From positions 1,364,001 to 1,428,000 of the forward strand of contig JAYWIR010000002.1 of assembly GCA_036172245.1 (NCBI GenBank): 64,000 bases of DNA, in the 5' to 3' direction. Below are positions 1 to 12,699 of the stretch, in pieces (position 1 is the first letter of the stretch; the number at the start of each line of letters is the position of its first letter). The stretch comes from Raillietiella orientalis. Its lineage: Eukaryota. The notes under the pieces are model-generated. The model did not search any database. It saw only the letters and a list, made by a program, of their open reading frames with translations, and was not told where the DNA came from. Position numbers and translations under genes: made by a program.

Positions 1-1800
1 AACGAGAAGAACGCTTCAGGAGAGTGGATTTGCCCCGTCCACCTGGAGAAGATTCTCAGGGACCACGTCAAGGTGATCGAAGGCATCCACTTGCACGTGG
101 ACAGATACCGCTTTTACACCATAGCGTTTGTTAATGCGAAAGAAAGTAACGCTCAGAGTGAACTGGTCTTGAACGAGATCTTGCAGTCCTGCGCTACCTC
201 AGAGAAAGTCAGAGACCTGAAGAGCTACCAGGTTCCCCAAGCGGTTGTCATCGCTCGTTCCACGATCACAAAGGCAGACCACGCTGCGAGGGACGAAATT
301 TTAGTGAAGGAACACGAGCACGACTTGGAAGAGACCAAGCAAATGTCCCCGACGGAGAACCAAGTCTTCGGAAGAGCTCTGCAAGACATGTTCTGAAGGA
401 GCAACCTGCGTTTCAGCGCCTCCGGACAAGAGCAGCTGTGGGTGGACTGCTGACGTACGGCGACGAGGCCACGTACCGAAATAAACGCTTTGTGTGGAAC
501 ATTGAGAGCACGAGTTGGTGATGGAGGGTTTCTCGAAGAGCAGTGGGGACTTATTCCTTGAAGAGTCATCCCCCTGAATGAGCAAAGCCGACGTGGAATA
601 AATGGACGTCTGTGCATTCGTGATTTCGATTCTTTGGAGCCAGCGGAGGCACTTCGACCAACAGAAAACGGTCAATTTGACCACGAGGCTTCTGAAGCAT
701 TACTTGCATTTCTTCGTTTTCATGAGCAACGGAAGAGTACTCTTCTTGCTCTCTTTCCACGCCGTCGAAAGAGAAATCAATGAATCTCCAGTATTCCCGA
801 CGCCTAAGTTAGGGAAATGAATGAGCTGCGCCCATGTCTTCTCCAATATTTTCCACATCGTATGTGCAAGCAGTACAAGGCTAAGGGAGACTCCAGGATG
901 AAGAAAAAAAAGCCTCGTACCACGAGGTTCTCTCCCTTCGGGCGAGTCTTCTCCATGAAGCTCCCTGTGGCCTCTCTCGGACCGCAGCTTGAGATGGGCC
1001 CAGCTGAAGATGGAGTTTCGACGGTCCACCACCGAACAAGAAGATTTCGAACGGTCGCTTGCGAGCAAACCCTTGCGACACACCGATTGTTCCCACCAAA
1101 ATCCAGAATCCATCTTTTTCGGTTGCTGCAAATCCCACCTTTGGCCGCCAAACATATTGCTGACGGGAGGCGAGGAGGGCGGGGTGGAGATTTTTCCCCA
1201 GTTGCCTATGCGCAGGCCATCCAAGGCTTTCTCTCGTGGGAGGGTGCGTTTTCCGAGCAGTCGGCTTGTTTTTGCTGTCCAACGAAGGCTTACTCTTGTC
1301 ATTCACACCTCCTTCACAAACGAGGAGGTAGGCTGCATCGGTCCACGAGGCGACGCCAAGGGCACACGAACCCTTCGCACCACCACGAAATGGCGCCCGT
1401 ACGGCTCGTCAGCGCGCTTAGCCGTTAAACATGCTTTCTGCTGTTTTAGGGGAAGGACCGGGATGCTGTGGAGATCTGCTTTACTCGTGTGGTGCATCTG
1501 TTGCCGGAGGACGAAGCGGCTTTCTGTTATGGGAAAATCCAACAGGAGCTCCTCGTCTCTGTGCTTTCAAAATCAAAAAAAAATAAGGTGCTTCTATGGA
1601 CTTCCGGGAGAACCCACCTTTATGACTACAATTGTCCATGGGGGTGCCAAGGTGAAAAGCATCGCGAAATCGCTGATGCTTTTAAGAGGATTAACCGTTC
1701 AACGAATCCGATGTCTAATAGCGGTGCTGCGCTTTTATGTGACCATGTGACATCATCCGCATCGTGGTGTTCTGGAATTCGAGGTTTGGCGATTCCTGGA
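1..1800 (+). pseudogene. Decayed carboxylic-acid-reductase-like / NRPS-like gene (3' end of adenylation domain - thiolation domain - thioester reductase domain); 5' part lies outside the window
   Basis: Frame 1 reads KNASGEWICPVHLEKIL...IEGIHLHVD...LKSYQVPQAVVI, resembling the acyl-CoA synthetase/CAR C-terminal subdomain (K..xGEyiaPekiE...l.sfe.P). Next is EQLWVDC*RTATRPRTEINALCG, like the PCP motif LGxDSL.A.rl...I...G. Reductase-like remnants follow in order: KTVNLT-TRLLKHYL (cf. KTVLLTGATGFLG.YL), KGDS, WAQLKMEFRRST, KPLRH, AYAQ (cf. YxxSK), LVIH...GCIGP. There are many stops and frameshifts. Confidence 0.6.
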
Positions 1801-1879
1801 TCGGGAATCCAAGGTACACACAGGTAGATAGATAGAGCATGTTCACAGACATACATTTATATATACATGAACAGATACA

Positions 1880-4400
1880 TTGTGTGTCTAGACGCGGACA
1901 AACATCCTTAATCCATCAACTACTATCCCAACTTTTACAAGAAAAACTTCTCACAGGGAAGGTTTATTCTAATTCCCTTCTCTCCATTGTTGTCTTCTTG
2001 TCCCGTATCCTTTCCAAACTGCGAACTGGAAGGCACTCTGGAGCGGGTAAGGAAGACCCCGCAGCAAGAACCGCCCCTCCCCCTCCCCGTTTGATTCCAT
2101 TTTGAAAAAGACTTCGTTTCCTGAACTGTGGGAAAACAGAGGTCAAGCATAAGTCACAGAAGGCGCTATTTCGGCAGAGGAAAGCCCCAGGGAAAGGAAG
2201 GGGTGGAGAGTCTGAAACTGATGGAGGAGTTGCTGTTGGTCTTCAGCACAAACGATGGCATCCCTCATGTGAGCGATGACACCAGAATCAGAAACGAGTG
2301 CGTTGCCAGTTCAGAATGGATAAAACTTATCTTTCAGCAGGTCTTCCGTGTGATGCTTGTCTTTAGGGCCAGACCGAAAAACACCTTCATTTACTCCCCT
2401 TGCGGGCTCAAAAGTTGACTTGACCTTCCTGGGGAATTATTAGAAGCTTGAGATTTTCACATACTGTGCATACATACAATATTATGCGTACATATTGCGT
2501 ATGCCATACACGAAATTTTAATATACTGTATGTGTACTATATAGATACTATGCCGTGCACAAGCCTTTGTGCGAGGGATACAACCCTGAGGGCATCAGTG
2601 TCTGAGGGACGAACAAGGGTGGGGCCAAATGCTTTCGTTCGTTTCCGATGTAGCCCCAGCGGAGGCCGCGGAGGCCACGGGTCGCCTTACGAGGATGAAT
2701 CCTGGAGACCACGCGGAGGTCACCTAGCATGATCGTGGTGGAGTCCTTACAGCACCTAATCCAGAAAGGTGTCCCAGGGCAACCGACCGCGAAAGCAGCC
2801 TAGAGACTGACAGTCGTCCCAGCCCCAGATCCCAGGGAAGAGAAAGAACGAGGATGGAGAAGAGAGGTCTCCTTCGGTCTCGGCAGCTCATGGAGAATCG
2901 GACGTAATGCGTAGCCACCCACGGAGGAAGCTGCCGCTATCGGTTCGGTAGCAGAACTCCAATCAGCAAGCTGATGTGGTTGACTGGTAGAGAAAAGTAA
3001 CCGCACCCCTTGAGAAGCGAGCGGAACCTAGCGCCGGAATCGCGAATTCTCGCCCTCCTACAACTATCGGTCCTTGGGTGCCATCTATTAATTTTATTGA
3101 GAAGCTGTGAGAATGAGTGAGTTTCCCACCAGTGGCCAAGACGGTCCTTGCTGTTTCTTAGCTCCCTTCGGCTTTTTTTTCTTTTTCCTAACGGTCATGA
3201 AACGAAGGAAAAGAAATGCAAGGAGTTCAGCAGTACAAGCAAAGAGCCCCTGACCTCGCACATTCTCTGCTCCCTACGACCTTGCACGCTGCTCTGGAAA
3301 CCTGCCTCCAGTTCTCCTAAGATATCTCGCTCTCCATTTCGTAGCTGACACCCTGCCCCTGCTGTTTCCTTTTCCTTCCTGATTCTACCCGATCCCTCTA
3401 TTTTTTGTTGTTTTCCCTGAAAAGAGCAGCTCCCTTTTGCCCTAATCCCCCTCCACAAGGTCTTACGTGCAGACTTTTTTTCCTCAGTCTCTCCCCTCAC
3501 TCCTTTCAATCCTCGAGCGTCCGTTCACCCTAGAAACTGAGCCCTCTTCCATGTGGCCACCACACACTTTCGTGTTCTCTGTGGAGTACATACAATCAGC
3601 AGCTTTTTCCTCTGCCTCCGTCAAACTTGGAGTCCCTCTGACTCCAGGAGCAGTCCTCCTTCTGGATCACGACTGTTCTCCAGAGTCTTCAGAAGAGGAC
3701 TTATCGACGGCGGAGAGATGTCCCAGGGCTCCCCGGGAATCTCATCTAGAAATTCCAGGGAAGTTTCTGGATCCTATTCTTCTGGTTCTGGATTCAATAA
3801 CTGTTACTCCTTTTTCTCCTCTCCATACACTGACTCCTCCTCTTACTTGAATTGACCCGAGTGACCGTCTTCCCTACGGCTTTTCACTCCATCGGAAAAG
3901 AGAATTCGAAGTTTCTCGAGTCGACCCAGTGGCCGTTTCTGAGCACCCCCACACTCATCCTTTTTCTCCCCAGGATTGAGTTGCTTCTGGACTCTCTGAT
4001 CCCGAAAATGTTCTCGAATATCGAGGACTCTTTGGGAAGCTACGAACGAAGAATCTACTTGAAAGAGAAGGACTGAAATGTTCTTTCTCGAGCCAACTTT
4101 CTGCATCTGTGGCGTTAAGGAGGAAATATTTATCACTATCTGCAGCTTAGACGGTGAGCACTCCAGGAAGAAGTAGGATCGACGGGCATGAGAACAGAGA
4201 TGACAAGGGGTGGTTATACCACGTGCTTGGTCACATCCTGCGGAAGAGAAGGCTGAATAAAAGGCCCTATAAAATAAAAGGCCTCGTTGTATTGCACGCC
4301 CTTGAAGTGGTCAAACGGAAAATGCCAAGTTGGAACCTGGAGGCGGAGCCGAAGAGATAAAAAGAAAGGGAAACCAGGGATGGTTGTTACCACCTTCTGG
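1880..4400 (-). mobile_element. Decayed non-LTR retrotransposon fragment (L1/Tx1-like; APE end, linker, RT N-terminal part), interrupted by an AT-rich CA/TA-rich patch at ~2430-2560
   Basis: Minus-strand remnants appear in the expected order: QIVINI (APE), PWDISPPSISPLL (post-APE W.LN..LL), RPVAS/KHLAPPL...GLYP (RT domain 1-2), HMRDAIV (RD.I), TFPVRS. All frames are broken and the motif matches are weak. Confidence 0.4.
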
Positions 4401-7400
4401 GAACGAATATCCTATAGAGATTTTCGAATAGCGAGCGCCTTCTCATTAGAAAAAATACAATAAGGCACTCTTGATTCGGAAATTTTAACATTTCATTTAG
4501 TGTGCTCCTTTCCTCACGAAGGCACCAAAACTTCATAAGAAGAAAGAAACAAACCCATTGCTCATTGCTTTTTTTTTCTTCGTACAAGTCTGTTCCATGT
4601 TACCTCTTGGCTCCATTTCTATTGGCATTTGGTAATTTTTGGTTTCATAGGACGGTGGAACTTTAAAAGTAAAACTTCCACCATGCGTGGAACGATGATG
4701 CAAGAGCAACCGTCTGGCATGCAGCGTGAAGTAGAAAGAACGAAACATCCATACCTCTAAACCATGTGAAATCCTGCTCGAAGATCGGATGCAAGGCAGC
4801 ACCTGTTGTCTTGGGTGAGGACCCACGAAATTGGATTTATTTAATTATTAAAAATCACAATCAGTGAAATTTAATGGTTCATAGAGTAGTAGTATAAAAA
4901 TGGGAACCTGTTTGCTCTCATGAGGAAACTTTGTAGCCACTTCAGATTGCATCCGTTTAATAACGTAAGAGCAGGCTGTAGTCACCTACTCGATCTTTGT
5001 TATCGCTTTCTACTCAGTATGGAAGGTTCTTATTTTGAAGTTATAGATAGTACTATCCAGTTGAACAAGTGGTCAATGTAGAACCATTTAATGACATGTC
5101 TAGGGCCGGTGCATTGATAATCACTTCATTAGTAAGGTCAACAGCATGGTGAATAAAGAGCACAAGAGTGCAAACCATTCAACTTGTTGATGACATTATT
5201 TTTCTAGAATAGTCGATCATTCGCCAGTTTTCCAAATACATTCTTATGGCTCTAGGCATAAGATGATTCTTATAGCTACTTGATCCCGCTCATATTGACT
5301 CAGTCTTATTTTTTTCACAATCCCAGTTCTAAAAACAAAAGAGTACAACTGTACATCCTGCAGGGATTTCTAAAATTGTAGAGCTAAAGATGTGCAAGAC
5401 TTATCAGCGTATGATCTCTTCATTCCGTTGTGACATCCTTTACTTGCTTTTACTTGCTTTAGTTCTGAAAATCTGAAAATTTAGAAGCATGGAAAATACC
5501 ACATGAGTGAATGACGAGCAAAATTCGGAAAGACTTTTAGTTCCATTTAGTGTGAAGTTGCATCTGAAACGAGCAGTCTTCCTGGGCTTCAGACCTAACA
5601 TGTAGGATTATGCATACATGTTTCTCCTACTGCTACTGAGGTTAAAATCTGGATAAAGAGTCTCTGGAATTTCCTTTTCTGGTAATATCCATGTTGGATC
5701 ACACTGGATACAATCAGCACGTTAAAAAAATTCTTGCTTTTTAAGGAAAAATACGAAAATCAATACAGACGCGCTCATTTGTTCAGGATATGACACACTA
5801 AGAATTCCAGAACGAAACAACTGTCTCATTTACAGCTTAAACCAATATGATTTTTCCATTTGTTTCTCTAAATTGCCATATATTTCCACAACTAAAACTC
5901 AAAAAGCTGGATACTTTTTAATACTCAAGTTCCTATCTGATGATTTGACACATCATCAATCACCGCTTGAGGAGCAGCTTATCTTCCAGTTACAATGGGG
6001 ATTATTATTATGGATTTTCTGACAAAGGCTCTTTCCATTTCAGTGTTGTCTGTTTTGTCGTTCTTACTGTACACTGTTCAAATTGTAATTGCAAATGATG
6101 TAATCGTTTATTTCATCTTTTCAACGGCTCTTTTATACTGACTACATTTTCTTTCAAGCAAAATGCGTTTAAAAAAATCGAGGCATTTCTTAGAGAAGCC
6201 AAACGAGAAATTCAAGACCTTAAATTCTGATCTCTGGAGAAATTTTATAAACTTTCGAAATTATGATTCTGACATATTGATATTTTGATACATATGCTGA
6301 TGGATTTTTGATGTAAAAAAACAAACAAACAAACAAAGCCATCAATAATTGCTCATAGTAGGAATAAAATAGTTAATATGATGGGGTGAATGAAACAAAG
6401 CATTGAAAATTGTTAACAAAACAATACTGAGAAAACAAACATCAGAAGAAATTAAGTATTTTTCTAATGATACAAATTTATGGCATTTTGTAATCAGATA
6501 AGTTTCAGTGGAATTACCCAAAATTCTTCATAAATGTGCAAACCATAACAAACGTCCATATGCCATGTGAAATTCTGGTATTCCGAGACATGGCTATCTG
6601 CGCAGCCTGTAGTGGGCTTAACTTACAGGCGAAACCAAACTGAATCAGAAAATTTTTGTAAAAAGTAGAGCATTTTTTAAGGGGACTTGAAACCTTAAGG
6701 TCCATGGATTTACATAATCGTGAATAAAATGTATACAAATAATAATCGCATAGGAATGGTTGGGTGGCGTCGGTTTTTTTTTTTCGCTCGGTTTCAGATC
6801 GTTTTTTTTTTTAACCGCTTTGCCAAACGCGTGAAGTCATGGTTTAGGTGTTCTCCAGGATATGTAACTTGAAAATTACCAACTGAACAACGAACCCGGA
6901 GAATCACGATGAAAATGTCGGTATGGCTTCTTTCATTGGGGTGGGAGGGTTTCTCAGTCTTGTAAATACATGAACCGGTTACCGCTAGAGTTGTGAATAA
7001 TCAGATTTACTAGACGATGGTAATCCTAAAATTGTGAATTAGTAAATCTTGTGCTTCCGTGAAGCCACGAGTCAAAATTGTTATTTAGTCACTTTTGAAA
7101 TTTAACTGTTTGCATGTGATGTGGGAGTTAGGTAACAATATCATATGGAAAATTGACCCTATATCAAAAATAATGTACGTTTTTTGTAAAAATACGTAAT
7201 TCTTTCCCAACATGAGAACGTTTCTTCAAACGAACCGTAGTCGAACATAATTGGCTTATGATGCATGGTAACGTGTAAGTAAGGATACTCAGATGGTATT
7301 AACAGTCAAAAGCCACTGCTCCAGAAACCTTTATGAAAAGGTTTGGAGGCATTTTATGAACAAAGACATTCTTTGTGAAGTGTTCCTACCATTTTAGAAA

Positions 7401-7496
7401 CTAACATCTTAAGTTCCCCCAAAATAGGTTTTCAGAACTACAATGATTTAGATTTATTGACCAGTCAAAATTTATGTAATCCACAAGTAGTGAAAA

Positions 7497-8857
7497 ATGT
7501 CCAAAATATTCACTCCCACAAATCAAATTCGCCTAACCAATGTTGCTATTGTAAGAATGAAGAAACTAGGAAAAAGATTTGAGATTGCATGTTACAAAAA
7601 TAAGGTTCTTTCCTGGAGAGGCAAAGTGTAATGTTTATCAGTGTTGAAAATAATAATATCAATTTCTTCATAGTGAAAAAGACATTGAAGAGGTCTTGCA
7701 GACACACACAGTGTTTACTAATGTTTCCAAAGGACAAGTGGCAAAAAAGGAAGACTTACTTGCAGCATTTGGAACGGAAAACCTTACAGAAATTTGTACA
7801 ACAATATTAGACAAGGGAGAATTACAAATCTCTGATAAGGAAAGGCAGAATACTTTGGAAAATACTTTTAAAGACATTGCTACTATTGTAACTGGTAAGC
7901 AAATTAAGTGCATCGATTAATGAATTTTACAGACAGCATAGACATGAAATGCACAAAAAATGAATTTATTTATAAAGATGTGTATTAAAAAGGGTCACCA
8001 CTTGGCATACTTAAATCCTACCTCCGTTCTGCTGTACAGTTCCTTTGAATTCACATAAGCATAGTTTTTTAGCTACTAAGTAACAGTCAAACATTATTTA
8101 TGATGCAGTTGGATGAATTGTTTGTGCACTTCTTGAGCATAACTATTGAAACGAAACTTATCATTAATTGCAATAAGCTTAGTCATTGTTACAAAAAATT
8201 TGAACAATCCACACTTACGAAATTCTGCATTAGTTGATTAAGGGCAATGGAGTCATGCTCCATAATTGATTAGGAAGTAGCCACTTGCCTCAGCAGCAAG
8301 CTTAAATAAATTCAACCATTGGTTGTTACATTTTTTTTTATTCTGCATAAATTTACAAATATTTTTTATCTTATTGATTATATGCACTAATCTCTTGGAA
8401 GATAAATGCGTTAACCCTGAAACTCGCCGACCTTATCCAGCTTCCATCATAGAGAAGGCAATGAAGGATGTACACTTTTCGGTAAAACCAACAAGGAACG
8501 CAAAACAACAGGTAAACCAATATAAATCACTTCTTTTTCTGATAGTTTAGCTGGCTTTAGGCACTGGAAGTCATTGCACAACTCAAAAAAGTTATACCAC
8601 TAGAAAGAGCTCAGATGAGGCTTCGAATTACAGTCCCTATGCAGGAAAGCAACAAATCAAAGGACACATTATCTAAATATTGGCTTTCTCTGGAAAGTGA
8701 AAATATCGACGGATTAGAGAACAAAATTTTTGAATGTCTGGTGGATCCTGGAGTCTACCGTACTATTCACGAGGCAGTCACAAAGGAAACAAAGGGGCGT
8801 GGTGTTGTGGAGGTTCTAAATCTTAAAGAAGTTGCAGAAGGTGAAGGATTTCTGTGA
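7497..8857 (+). CDS. SBDS: Ribosome maturation protein SBDS; 4 exons 7497-7627, 7674-7894, 8402-8511, 8561-8857
   Basis: Spliced translation [37 protein letters not shown]...[16 protein letters not shown]...[13 protein letters not shown]...KQQALEVI...[15 protein letters not shown] introns are in frame, and AATAAA is at 8869-8874. Confidence 0.97.
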
Positions 8858-8868
8858 ATTATGAAAGA

Positions 8869-8902
8869 AATAAAAAAACTAAACACATATAAATTTTTTA
8901 TT
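8869..8902. terminator. Opposed poly(A) signals of SBDS (+, 8869-8874) and SRSF1 (-, 8897-8902)
   Basis: AATAAA lies 11 nt after the SBDS stop on +. TTTATT (AATAAA on -) is at 8897-8902. Confidence 0.55.
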
Positions 8903-9755
8903 ACTCTGATGCATGATGACGTTAACTGCTGATAATTTAGCAGTTTCTAATACACTGCTAAATGCAGGCAAAACCTCATTCAATCATGCAGCCAATATAT
9001 GCAAGCATACACACATTACCTCATCATCCTGGATGAAAGCATCTATTGTGCAGTCGTGCAAGAGTATTCCAGCTTCTATTCAACCTAAAACAGTGGTATC
9101 GTCCCTAACAGCAAATGTGAGAAGATGTGTGTGATGAAGCTATGTTTCCCTGGCATCGTTAATGAATCCTGAATCATGGTCCTATCAATCCCATTCTCTT
9201 TATCAGCAACAAGTTTAGCAATCCTGATGCTCAAGAGATCCCTAGCTGGTGTCCTTCCTTCCAAAATTACAATTGCAATCCTTCCAAAAGTTACAAATGA
9301 TGTTCCATTAATTATCCCTCAACAATTCTGATCCAAGTGACCGGATCCAAGAAAAATCCAGAATCCTTACATTCCTCTGATTCTTAGTGCTACAACAAAT
9401 TAAAAAGGATCTTAGCATAAATTTGTATAATGAAAAGAATATTTATTCATTCAAACCATTCATATTTAATTGTGCACTTGACATGCCCTTAGTGGTCTAC
9501 AGGAAATGCACGAGGGTGCAAAAAGACACACCAAATAGGCAAGTTCGAAAATGCCAATACCCAATGGAATGTCTTGAAATCAATTTTTAATTCAGGTCAA
9601 CCATACTACATCACAATATGCATAATAATATCGAGACAAAGTTCAATTTAGGGCTAAACAAGTGGACCATCAAAAAGTGAAAAACCTTTTAATCCATCCT
9701 CGCTCATTCATGCCAGATATCTGCAACTCCATACTGTGAAGTATGTTCCACTTTT

Positions 9756-10608
9756 TTAATAGGGTGAACGGGAACGACTTCGAGATCGGCTCCTTGTATA
9801 GCTGCGTCTCATTGGAGAATAGGTAGGAGACCCCCGCCGTTTCGGTGAGTAGCTCCTACTTCTAGATCGAGCAGATGGACCACTACTACCTCTTCCACCA
9901 CCATAGTCTTCTTTGACTCTTATATAGGCCACTTCACCCTAGAAATTTCAATTTCAACAAAATACGAAAGTTCAGACGCAGACCTCATGAGAACGGAACT
10001 TCGAATCGTCTAACTTCTTAACGGCATACTTCATGTCTTCGTATCTTAAAAATTCAACCACGCCGGTACCATCCTTAAAAACATCCGCAAAACAAACGTC
10101 CCCGGCTTCCCTCATGTGATCCTTCAAATCCTGCCAGCTTCCAGTAGGGGGTAAACCTGTTTAAAATGGATATCGAGAAGTAGGAAAAAAAGAACAAACC
10201 AGTAATTAACACTCGATACTGGGATCTTCTAGCAGGTGGTCCTCTTGCTCTTCCCATACTATTTCTATTACCTCCACGGCCACCTCCACCACCACGGGGA
10301 AATTCCACTCTCAACTTATATCCATCATAGTCGTAACCATCACGGGAATGTACAGCATCTTCCGCATCTCTAATGGAAACAATTTTCTCATACAACTCTT
10401 GCACATAACAGCCAGAACACATAGAACAGAATTTCACTAACCTATTATCTTCGAATTCTACAAAAGCAAATGGAGGACCTCTTCTGTTTTTTAAATCAAT
10501 AAAAACTATCTTGCCATACTTATAGAAAAGGTCTTCAATGTCTTTCGTACGTATATCTGGAGGAAGATTTCCTACGTAAATTCGGCAATCATTATTTCTA
10601 TACGACAT
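9756..10608 (-). CDS. SRSF1: Serine/arginine-rich splicing factor 1 (SF2/ASF); 4 coding exons, introns ~10370-10441, ~10157-10199, ~9939-9983
   Basis: [32 protein letters not shown]...PFAFVEFED (RRM1), a Gly linker, [15 protein letters not shown] (pseudo-RRM signature), [13 protein letters not shown], and an RS tail ending RSRSRSPY*. Confidence 0.97.
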
Positions 10609-11559
10609 TTTGCTCTCAAGTGGCAATCGGCACTATAAGAAACCTCTCGAATGTGCAAACAACCAGTAGGAAGCGGAAACACTAATTTGCTCTGTTGCGT
10701 TTAATAGAGTACTATCATAAAGCGCAAGTAATTTTTATAAAGTGTAACTGCAGCATGCCACTTGCATATTAAAGCTGAAGCCACAGCAACAAATTCGCCT
10801 TTAAGATTGTTTTTCAGCCACACTCAAAACGTTATCCAACAATGTATTATAAAGTACTTTTGAATAAGAATGCGAACACGCAACCTTTGGCAAAACAATA
10901 GCATAGCGCGCGCGCCGAATCACTGATTACATCACTCAAGTTACTGTGATGTCGGTTATTTAAAAAAACAGGACACCATTAAGGAGATTCGTTCGACTGT
11001 AATTCAAATGATGAAAAAATAGGCACCAACCTCGGGGGGTGTTCATATACATAATTGGTCAAGTAATCGATTGAATCGCATATTGATTTTGCGAGCTACG
11101 GTAGACTTATGAACGAGCGTTCGTATTCGAAATGATATCATTATGTGCATGCCATTCCTAAACGAATGTACGTCTGTACGATTACACACATACGATGTGA
11201 CACGTACACTGGTACATGCCATCTTCTGATGAATGATTTACAGTACTCTCGAGAGCCCCAACACGCTTATGCTGTGTTACCACGTCCGTGTGAATGCATG
11301 TGTGTGTTTGCATAACTGTGTGCCGGCTTATTTTTCTGGATAAGTATTTCATTTGGATTGATAGGGTCGGCATGGACACGAATGCAAATTGAATGACTTG
11401 GTTTGTAGTTACACTACATCCCTACGACACAGTAAGCTCCTGATTGCACATAATAGTACCTGAATAGAACACGAGCTGATTTGATACAGGTCATTAAATT
11501 CTCACGCTGAATTCGAATACATATGCAGCATAAACGATTTCCATAAGAGGATATCAAAT

Positions 11560-12180
11560 AGAGTAAATTTTGTTAAAGATTGGATCATTGCGAACTGGGA
11601 AGTAACGTCCAGGATTCTTCCCGGGAAGTCCCGGAACGCAAATGACCAAAAGTGATCTTGAAGGCCTGACCCGGAAACCGTTCGTGGTGCTTCTTTCCCT
11701 CAAGCAGAACCCAGGAAGATTCATCAGTGGAAGATTCATCACTCATCAGTTTCGACAGCCAGCTTGAAAGTGTCGAAATCACACAACCTCGCTGTAAATA
11801 CCATCCGAATAGATGACGGCTGCACACGATGCTCTCTGCATCCATAGAGATGCTTTTAAAAAATTGCAAGCGTCGAACGAATCACCAACCCAAGCGAGGT
11901 CCACAGTTGAAGGAAACGCAAATCTCGCGGAGAGGGATTCGTGTGTGACGAACGCATCTTCCCAGTTGTAAAAGATGGAATCATTGAGAGCGTTCGGATG
12001 CCGGAGACGTTCAGCCGACATCCGTACAACCCCAAATCCGCCAAGTCCGAGAACGTATTCCTCTCTTATTTGGTATTCAGGGAAATGTTCGGGGAGAATT
12101 TCGGTGTCAACATCATGGCTGGCAACAGAAAGTGGCAATCCTGAGCTGAATTCTTTGAAGGAAGGTTGCCATGAGGACAA
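11560..12180 (-). pseudogene. Decayed protein kinase (tyrosine-kinase-like) fragment
   Basis: YQIREEYVLGLGGFGVV (Gly-rich loop), LRHPN (subdomain IV), HLFGWYLQ, WVLL, FKITFGHLR (KIxDFG-like), GRYFPVR (TK-type subdomain VIII). These are spread over shifted frames with stops and deletions. Confidence 0.55.
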
Positions 12181-12699
12181 GCAACAAACATCACCGTGAG
12201 GTTGTTGAATTTCAGCTGCAGCGCAGTAGCTTTTTGCGATAAGCGCCCAAGGAACAAATGAAGACCTTTGGGTGCGTGAAGCAATCGTGATTCAACCTTG
12301 CATTGTGAGGCCTCAAAGTATCCAAGCAAAGAGGGCAAAAAAAAAAAGCAGTGCAACAAAAAAAAAGGGTAGAGAAGGAAGGCTGGGAAAGCCTCCATGG
12401 TCGCACGCGTACGTTCTTTGCAGCCAAAGAAGAAAAAGAAAAATTACATCATAACCAGAGAGATGATCTCAAATGCGGTACATTCAAGTCATGTGCTCCA
12501 AAGTGCACATGATTTGAATGGCTTCCGAAATACAGATACAGATAAAGTGGCTCTCCTCGAGAGCGGCTTCCGAAAATACAGATAAAAACGCAAAGTGGAA
12601 AAAAAGGGAGAAGCACGACACATTTCTGTGTATTAATAATGCAACTACTAAAATGCGTTTCTGCATTGGGCGTACGGAATGGGTAAGAGAACAGCTTAT

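Noticed and set aside
700-1302. LRIGNWGK resembling the RNA polymerase Rpb2 LATGNWG motif
   Set aside because: There are no other Rpb2 motifs, and the opposite strand carries collinear reductase-domain remnants.
4154-4360. Plus-strand LGHILRK as an RTE-type C-terminus
   Set aside because: It is a single short motif. The minus strand gives a longer ordered APE-linker-RT series, although neither reading is certain.
4500-7400. Possible gene upstream of SBDS
   Set aside because: No recognisable protein motifs or consistent exon chain were found by eye.
12520-12584. Direct repeat GGCTTCCGAAA(A)TACAGATA x2 as a CRISPR-like array
   Set aside because: There are only two units, the context is eukaryotic and no cas genes are present. 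It is a simple local duplication.
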